Below, piece by piece: positions 15,901 through 31,749 of a stretch of 64,000 nucleotides of DNA. Numbering within the stretch: the first letter of the stretch is position 1; each line of letters starts with the position of its first letter. Origin of the DNA: the human T2T-CHM13v2.0 reference genome, Homo sapiens; assembly GCF_009914755.1 (NCBI RefSeq), contig NC_060939.1; one strand, given 5' to 3'. A model generated the notes under the pieces. It had not been told where the DNA came from. It searched no databases and saw only the letters and a program-made list of their open reading frames with translations. The translations under genes were made by a program, and so were the position numbers.

Positions 15901-16249
15901 AAACAGGAGAAAGAGAAATTATGTGGGATATATTGTCAACCTTTAATAAAAAATACTTTGCTAAGCCATCCACCTACAAGGAAGAAGATGGATACAAAGA
16001 CACAAAAATATCAAATTTCCCTATTAATATTTTTAGAAATCAGTAAAATAACCAGTTTAGACCTAAATAAATTCAGAGATTTAAATGAATTCTGACATAG
16101 GCCAGGTTAAAGTTTACTTGACATTAACCAGTAATGTTACTTTTAGCAAATTGCTTGATCTCTCTAAGGTCAGTTTCCTTATCTACAAAATAGGAATACT
16201 GCATTTTTCAGAGGATGCCATATTGCAAAAAGACACCTTTATTTATGTA

Positions 16250-17030
<781 letters not shown>

Positions 17031-17039
17031 ATCTGTCAC

Positions 17040-17610
17040 TCTAAGAACAAATTAAACCATGACAATGCTTATTGCTTGGAATCATTTTTATATTATATTA
17101 ACCATGCCTTTTGTTTTCTGATGACTTGACATCTTGGGGCTGTACTGACCCTGGACTGCCCCTCCCAGAGTTTGCTAATTCCTGGAGATAGCAAACAACT
17201 TGCCTGAGAACACGTCTTTCATATGCAAACCAACCAATCCAGAGCCCACACCTCAAGCACCTTTTTATAGGGCTCTCACACTCAGCCCTAATCACCCCAG
17301 GGCCAGGTACCAGACAACCAGGGATAGCACCTAGACCCCAGGGCCCATCAAAATTCAAATTAGTCAATCCCAAACCTGCTTACCTGCTGTCTGGCACATT
17401 AATTTCTGCAGAAACCACAACACAGGCTCTTATCCATGTTTTCGCCTGTTCCCTCTGCCTCCTGACCAATCCAGGTGCTTACCCATGGCCCTGCATGCAT
17501 ACCACGCCTTCAATTTCTAGGGACCTATGCGTATAACAAATTTCTTTCTTCATGACAGTCATTTCGCGTGTGCCTTCCCATAGTTGATTAAGACAAATGC
17601 CAGTACCTTT
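17040..17610. mobile_element. Old ERV LTR (MER21/MER77-like)
   Basis: CATATGCAAACCAACCAATCCAGAGCCCAC motif; family assignment tentative. Confidence 0.5.
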
Positions 17611-19699
17611 AAGATATACGTATTCAAAAAGCGCTTTTGGCCTTTTTCAGATTTTGTTTCTTATTCGACTTAACCTCTAGTTTCACTTCTTTCTATATTG
17701 AATCACATGTCCCTGGAAATTAATCAGCTCCTGTTCAAAGTCAGCAGGAAGCATCTAACAAATCGATTCACATCTCAATGATTAGTCCTGTGCTCTGCAT
17801 GAATTGGTGTCTCTCACTACATTAAAACTTCTTCCATTTATTCCAAAGGATGGGTCAACTTCTCCTTTAGTTGCGCCTTGTTTGCTGTTTGATAGGCAAT
17901 CCTTTCGCATGAATCTCAGCATGTCAGTAAAACTTCATTTACTAGTGGGTATCTTTCTTTCTTAGTTCCAAAAAAACACCTCCTGCTTTGTAAAAAATCA
18001 TGTTCATTCCTCCAATGGCAAATCTGTGCTTTACTAATATCAAATTAACCCCACTGCTCTGCCTTTCTGAGTATAAAACCACCTTTTATTATAATACCAA
18101 ATCACAGTATAATGTTTTTGAAGGCATCTTAAAAAGCGCTTACACTGAACACATGTGGTTATCAACAATGCACATTACTCAACAAAAATGATGACAATGG
18201 GAAGAGCACACCCAGTTTGCACATCCACAGGCGACGAGAACAGCAATGTTGCAACTGCTGCCTTGCTGACACTGAGAAGACACCAACTTTAAGATACACT
18301 CCAGTTTCAAAAACTGCATCTCAAAATTCATGAAATGCAAATACTTTCCTATATAAGGTGCTTGGCATAGCATCTGGCCCATAGTAAGTAAGCTTTTAAT
18401 AAATGTTAGCCATCAACAACACACCAATAACAAACCTTCAGCAAACAAAGCTCCCTTTAACCAATGTGTTTGGTGGCAAAGCAGGTTAGAGGTGTTCTGG
18501 TCTCCTCAGCCTTAGGTATGCATAGGTGATGCATGGCAAAAGAATGGCACCACCTCAACTGACATGGGTGGGCAGGGGTTGGGCCTAGAGAAGCGGCAAG
18601 CTTATGTCAGGTGGTCACTAGGAAATGAAGAGGTACAACCTGGGCTGGGAGCAGACTGTGACACTAAAGAGGCGGGAGACCCTCCCACACAGGCCAAGAG
18701 ATTTACAGAGAGGGGAGAAGGCAGGGTGCATTTACTGGGCACTTATTGTATCAAGAGCTTTAATTAGTACTCACTTAGTGCTCACATCGACCCTGAAAAG
18801 TAGAAATTACCCCCGTTTTACAGAGGAGAAACAGACGTGCTAAAATTCTTATCATCATGCCCAGGGGTACATCATAGGTGACACAGCCAGGGTTTGCACC
18901 AGGCTTCACATGAAACTTATTCCCATAATTCTATCAGGCACCATGGATAAAGAATCCAAGTCCTACTAAGTATCTCCCTGCCTCCTACACTAGTAATCAA
19001 ACATTGCCTGATAGGCAAAGACTTCAGAATTTTTTTTTTTTCAAGCAGAGGGTTATAGCTATAAAGGGTATATACTGAGCAGATAAATGCTGTAAACAAA
19101 ATTGCCCTGTGGAACATCAAAATCACTTAATATGCTCAATTGCTTTCAAAGCATGCATTGCAGAGAACCGTTTATGCTGATTACCAATAATTATAATCTA
19201 CTCATTAAGGAAAGTCCCTAAGGGCTTCTACAAAGGAACACTTCATGACTGAGTTTAAGTTACTCTGTGTACTTGAAAATAATGAAGCTACCATTCTTTT
19301 AAAAATTATCTAATTTAGGTTTTTCACTCATTTATACTGTGCTTCTCTGCAAGGGCTCCAAATGAAAGAGGTTTTGCTATCCTTAAATGGAGCCCTTCTC
19401 TCAAGGTCCAGAGCAGCTTGGCACTGATAGCTGACATGTCAGCTCCCTGCCAAGCAGGGATGGGAGGAGAGAGGTTCAGGGAAGAATCTGGATCTGAAAG
19501 TCTGTCCCTGCTTTTCTTATAATTTTGGTTCCAAAGAACTTGTTTCTCCAGATTCTTGAGATCCATCAGACATTTGTGGAGAGAAGACACTAGAATTGAC
19601 TAAGAACTGCCTTAAATCCTTTAGGAATAAAACTAATATACAAAAAAACAAAGGCATTGATAACTTAATATAAGCCAAAGTACTCAATGAAGTGAGTGC

Positions 19700-22600
19700 T
19701 TCCCCTCTGCTCTCCTTCAGCTGTTGGAGTGCCCCAGTGCCTTGGATCCTCACCTCTTTTACTCTATATAGTCCATTCCCATGGCTTTAAATTCTAGCTA
19801 TATGCTAATGTCTTTTAACATTATAAATCCAGACCTGACTCCTTTCTTGAGCTCTAAATTCATGCATCCCATGACTTAAAACATCCTCATCTGGATATCT
19901 AATAGGCATTTCAAAACTAGCATGTCTAAAACTACACTGATTTACACCCACCACCCACCCCACTAACGGGTCTTTCCTCCAAGACTTCTCATATAGCTTC
20001 AATATCTATCCATTTATTTGACTCCAAAACTTAGGAATTATTCTCAATTTCTCTTTTTTCCATCCCCCTCTGTTCTGTCCATCTCCCACACATCCGACTT
20101 CACTCTAGGGATGTCCCCTGAGCAGTCTAAACCAATCACGATAGTCCCATACTCTTTGCTAGTGATCAGAATCCTTGGCCAAAACTAGTCTGCATGGAAT
20201 GTCATGTGTCTTAATTCAGGTCAATGGTACAATGAGGTAAAGATTTCTGGGAACATTTCTTTTTTGAGGATGTCAGTGAAGTAACATGTATCCCACATTT
20301 CCACTATCCAGTGCCCTATGAGCGTACTCAAAAAGAATCCACCTTAGGATGAAGCTGATTTTCTGGATGCAGGGAAGAGGAGGAAAGAACTTGGCTCATA
20401 GATGACATGGCTGATTACCTAGAACAGGGGTCCCTGATCCCTGGGCCATGGACCAATACCTGTCCACGGACTGTTAGGAACCAGGCCGCACAGCAGGAGG
20501 TGAGTGGTGGGCAAGTGAGCGAAGCTTCATCTCTATTTACAGCTGCTTGCATTACTACCTGAGCTCCACCTCCCGTCAGATTAGCGGCGGCATTAGATTC
20601 TCATAAGAGCGCAAACCGTATTGTGAACTGTGTATGCAAGGGATCTAGGTTGTGCGCTCCTTATGAGAATCTAATGCCTGATGATCTGTCACTGTTTCCC
20701 AACACCCCCAGATGGGAATGTCTAGTTGCAGGAAAACAAGCTCAGGGCTCCCACTGATTCTACATTATGGTGAGCTGTATAATTATTTCATTATATATTA
20801 CAGTGTAATAATAATAGAAATATGGTGCAGAATAAATGTAATGCACTTGAATCAGCCCAAGCCATTCCCCTGTGCCCAACCTGTGGAAAAATTGTCTTCC
20901 ATAAAACCAGTTCCTTGTGCCAAAAATGTTGGGGACTGCTGACCTAGAGCATATAACCCTGAAATTCACTCTACATCTGGATTTCCAATTCTGTGAGACA
21001 ATAAATTTCCTTATTGTTTAAGCCAGAAATTTTGGGTCTTCTGTTTTTGCAGCTGAAAGCAACTTAATAGATGCAAACAAGGGGAAGCCAACAAAGAGGA
21101 CCAAGAAGCAACAATCATTAAGGCAGGAAAAAAAACATATACTGTCCTAGAAACAAGAGAACCAAGTATTTCTTGGTATAGAGACAAATCAGCTATGTCC
21201 AATATTGGGAGGTTGAGGAAAAGAAGGACTAGAGGTGACCACTGTATTGGCAACATGAAATCACTGGTGACCTGGACAACTGCAGTTTCAGAGGAGGGGT
21301 GGAGACAGAGACTTCTTTGGAGTGGGTTGAGGAAATGGGCCACAGGGAAGTGAAATCATTTAATTTAGACAACTCTTTTGAGAAGTTTTGCTATGAAGGG
21401 TAGCAGAGAAATGAGCAGTAATAAAAGAGAATAAGGGGTCAAAGCAGGACTTTTTAAAGACCAAAGATCTTCTAGCAACAAAAATGATTTATCAAGAGAA
21501 ATATGATGCAAGATAGATAAAATAATTGCAGGAACAAAGACCAGGGTCTTTTGAAAAGCCACAAGGAGACAGGATCCAGTGGACAGGTAGAGGGGCTTGC
21601 CTTTTAGAGAAGCAGGGATTATTCCATTTGCTGCAATAGGAGGTAAGGCAGGGAACAAGTACAGATGCAAGTCATAGCTAACATGGTAAAGAAAGGCGAG
21701 TTCCCACCTGATTCTATTTCTGCCAAGTGGCAAGATGACCAGCTGAGATACTGGAGGAGTTTTTTAATGTGTTTTTAATAAAAAGGGTGTCGCTCTGTTG
21801 CCCAGGCTGGAGTAGTGAGGCTCACTGGAACCTTGAATTCCTGGGTTCAAGCAATCCTCCCACCTTGGCCTCCCAAAGCACTGAGATTATAGGTCTGAGC
21901 CACCAAGCCTGGCCTACTGAAGGAGGGGTTTTGAAGTGAGAGGCAAAGGTGCAAAACAGCAATTTCAGAGAGTTGGAAAGTAAACAAATAAGGAAAGTCT
22001 TACAATGTTGAAAGGATTGCTCAGCGATCTTGAGTGCCCATTTTAAGTCTGTGGTCATGAATTTAAGAATAGACATGGTTTTTCTGCAGCTATTTTCAGC
22101 TGTTCAGAGACAGACATGTACAGAGTTGAGAGTTTTCCAAATTTGCATGAAGGAGGCAGAACAGCAAGGAAGTTAAGGGAGTGATTATCGTGTTAGATCA
22201 TGCAACCTAGGCTGAATAACGAAAGACGAGAGGATCTGAGGGTAGGTGACAGCTATGAAGATGCTGGTATCCCAGCAAAGGCTAGTGGTCCACCAAAACT
22301 CATTCTCTTTTCTTCTGAATGCAAGAGTACACAGGACACAGCTGGCCAGGCACACTACATTTCCCAAGCTCCCTTGCTTGTTAAGTGGCCATATGGTGAG
22401 GACCTCTCCAACGGAACATGAAGGGGAGTGATGTGTGATCCTAATGGAGAGTCTCCTCCACACTCATCCTCTCCCTATCTCAATCCAAGACAATACCACA
22501 GTGAATGGCAAAGAAACAAGATGGAAGACACTTGGGTCCTTCAGGCTGTGTGTGGCAGAACCACTCACTGATGCTGAACATCTGCCTTGCACTGTGACCT

Positions 22601-22900
22601 GAGAGAGAAAAAAACTCCTCTCTTGTTTAATCACTGCATGTGGGGTCTTTTAGCTATAGCAGTTTATCCTTATCCTAACCTGAGTCAGGGATTGGAGGCT
22701 TCAGTGGGGTCTAAGATCCTCTGTAGTGGAGGTAGTAAAGAGAGTGAGGTGAAAGGCTAAAAGGTAGTGGTCAGAGTGGGGTGTATGGATTATGAAATTG
22801 AAACTTCAGAGGTGGGCAGTTTGAGGTGATAAAAAGATCTAAGATAGGATCAATGGAATGTATGACTAAGGTGGAGGAAAGTGCAAATTAAGTTTCAGAA
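19700..22900. mobile_element. Mosaic of L2 fragments, MLT1-type LTRs and an Alu monomer (21775-21915)
   Basis: L2 motifs (CTGGATATCTAATAGGCATTTCAAA; TCACTGGTGACCTGGACAA) and MLT1-like ends; boundaries approximate. Confidence 0.55.
20425..20941 (+). mobile_element. MER1A-type hAT-Charlie MITE
   Basis: CAGGGGTCCC...GGGGACTGCTG termini; 8-bp TSD ACCTAGAA/ACCTAGAG. Confidence 0.85.
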
Positions 22901-23149
22901 AAGATAGAAGATTGGCCTAGGATCACACATGAATGAGCAGAAGGGCCCAGATTCCCATTGGGACCTGAGTGACTTCACACTCCATGCTCTTTCCACTCTG
23001 CCAGGTCCTCAGGTTCAATCAAACCACCTGGTTCAAAGAAAAAGCTGCAGATAAAGTGTTTCTATGAAGAAAGGTTAGTTCAGCCCCACGAACATGTAAC
23101 ACAACTTCTCCTGGGTAATGGGTAGTACACTACAAGAACACAATTATAC

Positions 23150-23332
23150 CCAGTATCTGACTTAATAATGGCTCAACTCAGGATTTACTGACTTACAAGA
23201 CTGCAAAAGCAATACATATTGAGTAAAGTCCTTAAGATGGGATTATGCCCAGGTAAACCCGTCATCAGATATCTTCAACTTACAATGGGTTTATCTGGCC
23301 GTAACTCCCTCGTAAGTTGAGAAGCAACTGTA
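23150..23332. mobile_element. Tigger-family MITE (MER82-like)
   Basis: CAACTTACAATGGGTTTATC...CGTAAGTTGAGAAGCAACTGTA terminal motif. Confidence 0.6.
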
Positions 23333-23335
23333 TTG

Positions 23336-23670
<335 letters not shown>

Positions 23671-25101
23671 GAGCATTTGTATTGTTAATACATAATTAGA
23701 ATCATCATGCTTTGCAACCCTACATTTTTCATGATCTACTAAGTATTTCATCCATCCAGGGGCCCAGTGGCAGCATTCACACCCTCCTGTTCTCCTTTGG
23801 ATGACCACCACGGACTCACCTGGCCTCTCCCTCTACTCTCTATTCCCTCCAAGCCATCTTCTAGACTGCTGAAAGTTACCTTGTGAAATTCGTATTATGT
23901 CTTCTACTACATAAAACCCTAGCAACCTGCACAAGACCTCTCTTCCCAATATCCCCTCAGTCTACCTGTTCAGTCACATTTCCCATCTCCCTCACCCCAG
24001 TGTATGCTGCAGCTGTATTTGCTTATTTACCATTTTCATACTTCCATGCCTTTGTATATGCTGGGCCTCTCCTTGAAACATCTTCAACTCTTGGTCATAC
24101 AACACATTCCCATTGATCCAACTCCAGTGCTCTTCCACAGTATATTTTTCTTTTTCTGCCCTTCCTTCATCTGTCTCCACTGTCCCTAGAGAGACACAAT
24201 GAGAGCTGTTATTGTACTGTATTATAATAATCTGTCTATTTCTCTCCTCATCCTTGGCATCCTGACATAGTTTCCACTTGACTCATAGCAGGTGCTCAAA
24301 TCCTGCACTGAATGCTGAAGGAGACTGAATTTAGCTACTCCATTTTGATCACACTGAAATTAGATGAACTGTTTTTGGTGGGACTCAGGATTTCATATCA
24401 CATTTCTTATTTTCCCAAAGAAAGTCAGTCTGGATGGCAGAGGAAATACAGGGTCCAGCTGTTTGCATCCATGGCCCCTTTCACAGTCTGCTCTGGAACC
24501 CAACATTTCAAAGCTACCTTCAAAGTCAGATGTTACTAAACAAGCCTACTACACTACTGGCGGATACATTATGCAGATGAAACATAAACAGGCTGGCAAG
24601 AGTTGAGAATGTGACAGAGGATGTGGCTGGGGCCACCAGGTATTTGCGGGATGGCTGTGATGGCTCAGCCATCCAGGAACAGCCAGTCTGGTCTCTGTAG
24701 GGACACCTGCGGCTTGCCAGCTCCCACTACCCAAATTACAGTACGTGCTACACAGTATTTGTTTCTGCTGTGGCCAAGGAGAGCTGCTCACTCTTCCACC
24801 TGCATGACACAGATGGTACAGATGGGAGCATGCTTCCACATGAGGATGTGCAATTACACCCAGTTCCTCCAGCTGTGACAATTACCAAGCAAAAACCCGA
24901 GGGAAGGAAACAATCCTGGCAGATAACTGTCTTCCCTGTTGGCACTTACCACTTAGTTCTCCCAGGAACAGCTGCTGCATCCATGGCCTCTCATCTCTTT
25001 CACAGTCCTTCCTGGAACCCAAGTACTTGAAAGCATTGAGTATGATAGGAACATAAAGCAGTCATCCAACCACATATATTTAAGTATGAAAATACCATGG
25101 C

Positions 25102-25107
25102 TTTATT
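25102..25107 (-). terminator. Poly(A) signal AATAAA of DET1
   Basis: tttatt on the + strand about 445 nt downstream of the stop codon. Confidence 0.75.
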
Positions 25108-25549
25108 TTTCTCTTAAAAAGATAGCCGTGCTTATGAGCTAAATGGAAAGGATGTATGTCATTCTCATCAGTAAACAAGATTTAACTGCTTTCAGATGCA
25201 AACCATAATGCCGAAGAAGTGACATGAAGGGGATAAAAGTCTAATGCTTTCATCTTCACAGCAATCAAATGCAAAGTAAAGCAAAAATGAAATGGACTTA
25301 ATTAATGCTGGGCATTCCCACAGGGAAAACGCAAGAGGATATTATAACAATCAGTAGCAGTATTGTATACAATTTAAAAATTCCATTAGGTTGAGCCACC
25401 CTCACTCCTCTCTCTGGCTCTCTCCCATCTGAGGTATAGCAGGCTGGAACTAACAGAGCTAGTAGTCGGGAGCTTTTGCTTTGGAGTCCACTGAGATAAG
25501 TGAGTGGCAAAGTCTTGGAAGACCAGATAATCTGGCTCTGGTGAGGCAC

Positions 25550-25831
<282 letters not shown>

Positions 25832-26054
25832 TCATTATTTTACCTTATTAATGAAATCGCCTCTTATATCAGCCCCAGGTTATCAGAAGTATAAAATCAC
25901 CCTGGAATGACCAGCTCATTTAGTGAAGAGTGATTATAAATTTTACTATGTTGCACTGAGTCACTGGTCATTTCTCTTTCCTGAGATGACTCAGTTTTAC
26001 AGCCTTAATTATAGCCTCTCCGCTTCCAGACGTTCCTGCCTCAAGGTTGTCTAG

Positions 26055-26710
<656 letters not shown>

Positions 26711-27840
26711 TTAAAAGGTTCTTTTTCATGCACAGAAACAAAATACTAAGTAGTGTTTAATTTTTCTTCTAATATGTGAGACTAAAGATGCTTCCATCCC
26801 TCCTAGTATTTAAATGCCTTTGCCATATGCAAAATAAATGTCCTGTGGTTTGGGGAACTACAGATGATTAGTGAGTGGAGGCTGAATGGCTGAGGCAGGT
26901 CGGGGTGGGGTGGCAGGGAGGATTCCAGAAAATAAAAAGCCCTGAATTAAAAAGTCCTATAATCTCCTTTTGGAAATTCAATATATAAGCAGACCTAAAG
27001 ATATTTATACCTTTTGACTCAATAATCTCATATCCAAGAATTTATATCCTCAGAATTTGATTTAAGTGAAATAACTAGTACATGAATAAAGATGACTACT
27101 ATGGCATTTGTTTTAATGTAAAAATGTAGAAAGAGAATAAATGCTCAGTGATGGGGGAATAGTTAAATAAATCATGGTACATCTATTTGATAGAATAATA
27201 CGCCTTCATTAGGACTGTAATTGTGAGGACTATGTATAATAACATGAAATAACGTTTATAAAATAAAAACAGACTACAAAAAATGATGCTAACCGTGATT
27301 ACAACTGTGTAAATGTAAATATGCATATTGACAAAGACTAGACTGGATTATACAATACAGATATTGCAGGAATGGCATTCTCTCTTCAAATGCTGTTAAT
27401 ATCCTTATATTTCTCATTTTAAATTAAAAATATAAAGAAGAATTATAAGAGAAACCCCTTTATTCAGGAGCAATACCATTTCCAAATTTTAGATTCATCT
27501 TCTCCAATTAGAAAGGTAGGAAAGTCAGAAAGGAGAGAGAAATGTATCTCATGGTACTTGACTCATATCAGATAAGGCCCATCTTTTTTATGTATAAAAA
27601 ACACATAGCCTTACTCCCACAATCCCCAAACACAAAGGGATTATAATTTAAAATGGGTTGTTTGACCTTCTAAATCTCATTCCCGCTTTACAGGACATAT
27701 GGGTAAATAAGAAATACAGTAAATACTATCCCAGGGATGTAACAAGCAAAGTCTAGAATTTGGAGAATGCTAGAGGAAAAACAACCTGGTTTCCTCAATA
27801 ATTTCATTGCAAAGAAAATAAAAGGGGAAAGAAGAACCTA

Positions 27841-28274
<434 letters not shown>

Positions 28275-29382
28275 CTAGATATTTGAAGATATTAAAGATT
28301 TTTTGTTAATTTTTTAAAGATGGGGTAATGGTGTTACTTGTTTTGCTAGGATAGCTTGGATTTCCTTTAAAATAACCCAGGACAGTGGTGGGAAGGGGAG
28401 GGAGTAGGGGTCGTGATGGAAATAGCTGAAACAGGAGTGGCCACGAGCTGGTAACTGTTGAAGTGGGTGATGGGTACATGAAGGTTTATTATGCTCTTCT
28501 ACTTTTTGTATACGTTTAAAACTTTCCATAATAAAAAAAATATTAACTAGTTTTTGGAACTTGACTCTAATTTCCCAAAGGAAATATTATAAATGGTGAT
28601 TAATTATACAGACTATGTCACACAGGCACATTTAATACACAATGAGACTGGATGATGAAATATATCTATCATAAAGATCTAACTACCACTGTTTCTGTGT
28701 GAAAAAGACCTTCCAAGCTCCAGCCTATAGCCTCAGGAACACACCCCCCTTGAGATAACTCCACTAGTGACAATAATTCCAGCTCCTCCCCCTAATATTA
28801 TTACAGCACACAGAACAGGCTCCATATATGTAGTGACAGTTGGGTCTGTGAACTAGACTTCTGTGAGGAAAGAATTTCTTGTAAGACGTCAGTTTCAAAC
28901 TTCTAACAATAACACAGTAGTCTACATTCCAAAATTCCTCCAAGTGAGGAAGCATGAGTTTCTTCTAAATCTGTCAGCAGGTCCCCAAATTGTCTCTGCT
29001 ATTTTTTCTATGAGGTAACATGGCGGGATAAAATAATTTGTGTTAGATACATAATTATAAAGTCTCAATGTCAAAAACTATTATGGAATGGTATTAGATT
29101 ATTAAATGGGAAAGTACAGCTTCCTCCCCTGGATACCTTTAAAAGAGGACAACACTTATCTGAATTAGATGTTCTGATGAGAAGCAAAGAGTAGGAATAA
29201 TTTAGGAGACTAGCACCTAAATGATCACAGCTCTCACTGCATTATAGAAATAGCCTGCCTTTTCAACCTTACCCATGAGTACGAGTCACAGTCACAATCA
29301 AATGATGTCCAGAAAAAGAGAAAAAGAAAGCAGGCCATCTTCAGCCCTTGAGCAGTTTGTAGCTATAGCAGTGACACTGTAC

Positions 29383-29574
29383 CTGATTGGGTGATCTCCA
29401 CAAGTCTTGGGCCGCTCCATGACAGATACCCACTTGTCATCATAACTGAAGAGAGACAAATCCAGATAGGGGCTACCGCTGTAAGACTGAGCACTGATGG
29501 GGAGCTGACCCAGCAGCCGGCGTACTGCCTCTGTGTGCCCTCCATACTTGGCATTTATAATAGTGTCTTTGAAC
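29383..29574 (-). CDS. DET1: DET1 coding exon 4 ([12 protein letters not shown]...CGDHPIR, 192 nt)
   Basis: Inside ORF 29298-29618; acceptor tttcatttag|G, donor AG|gtacag; phase 2/2. Confidence 0.95.
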
Positions 29575-29809
29575 CTAAATGAAAGGACCGGTGAGGAAGG
29601 CTTTGTTAGTGAGTACACAAAGCTGTCTTGAATTTTAAATTGACAAATATATGTCTAAGAACAACTCATTCTTTAAATACAAATTAAAACCTAGGTAATG
29701 AATTAAGATAGAACTGTCTCTCACACATTACAAGTCTGGCCAGCTACAAATACTTTTAAAAAGCAAAACATATAACTAAAAATGGAAAACAACAAATTAC
29801 TTTAGAAAT

Positions 29810-30127
29810 GTGTTTGGGTTTTGGGTTTTTTTTTTTTTTTTTTTGAGACAGGGTCTCGCTTTGTTGCCCAGGCTGGAGTACAGTGGTGTGATCTCAGCTC
29901 ACTGCAGCCTTGACCTCCCAGGCTCAAGTGTTCCTCCCACCTCAGCCCCCAGAGTAGGTGGGACTACAGGCACGTGCCACCACACCCAGCTAATTTTTGT
30001 ATTTTTTATAGAGATGGGATTTTGCCATGTTGCTCAGGCTGGTCTTGAACTCCTGGGTTCAACTGATCTGCCCGCCTTGGCCTCCCAAAATGCTAGGATT
30101 ACAGATATGAGCCACCACACCCGGCCC
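29810..30127 (-). mobile_element. Alu (J-type)
   Basis: Alu dimer; direct repeat TACTTTAGAAA on both sides. Confidence 0.9.
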
Positions 30128-30495
30128 TACTTTAGAAAAGTTAACAAAGACTCTACAAACAAGTTTAAAATGAGTATAACTAGTTTATGGCAACTATTTC
30201 TACTCTTTTCTAATAACAGCTCAACTGGGGAAAAAGGTCAAGAACTTATTTTCCCCAAATAATTGCCTTAGACTGAATTAGGAAGGAGTTACAGAGAACC
30301 CTGAACAGAAGCAGCCTCTGACTCTTCTTGGGATCACCAACTTCTAGCAAGCCTTTCACAAATAAATTACGCATTCTTTGTTTGTTTAAATAAAATTTGG
30401 AAACTAGCTACCTATATTCCTGCAGAGACACCAGTATCTAGAAGAATAGTAACATACATAGAGTCATATATCTGACTTATCTTTGAAAATAATAA

Positions 30496-30849
<354 letters not shown>

Positions 30850-31749
30850 TAAATTTAATACTCTTTGACAAGTACTTCTATTCTTCTGGAAATTTACCCT
30901 AAGGAATCACTCCTACATGCAGAAAAATCTCTGTGTACATTCATACAGCATTGTTTATAGAGGAAGAAAAAATTAAAAAGCTAATGGAAAACTACCATTT
31001 TCAAAGATTATATGGTAACAGGGGAAATGTTTATCACATTTACAAATAAAAGAAGTAGGATACAATACTGTCTATATAATATGGCTAAAAACACAAAGAA
31101 AACAAAAACTCACACTTAAAGCAAAGACTGGCAGAAACACATTAAAATGTTAATAGTTGTATAATGACATTTTGAATTTTTTCCTTATTTTTCACTATCC
31201 TACAGCTTCTTAGAAAGAATGTCAACTGTCTATCAGTATATATTTTTTAAACCTCTATATTCAAGCATATCATATGGTTCAACAATCAAGGGGATATCAA
31301 TTTTTTTTAGTCTGGGAGAAAAGTATAATATCTCATCCCTGAAACAAATGGAATAAAAAACTTCAGTGTTCCTAACTTTCATGAGACCACAAAGATTAAT
31401 TAGTTGGGGGTAATTTTTATTTTCACTATTAACCTATGGTATTAGATGGACATGAACACTTTTCTGCTCCCCCTAAAGAAAGCCTAGCAAGCAACACTGC
31501 TTTTCCATTACTCCTACTGACAGTAATTTTCACAGCCTCAGTATAAATCATAAAAATAAATCTTGGGCCAAATAGAGCTTATTTTTTCCCTTTCATTTGA
31601 GCTGAAATAAAAGATCCTGGGCACTTCGGTTTTCAGCAAGACCTGGCACCATCTCATCTACACCTTAGCCCTGCCTGACTCACCGACTCCCTGGCTTTCA
31701 AAGGTAAAATGATGGGGGCTGGCTCACAGCTTTGTGATGACCACAAATC

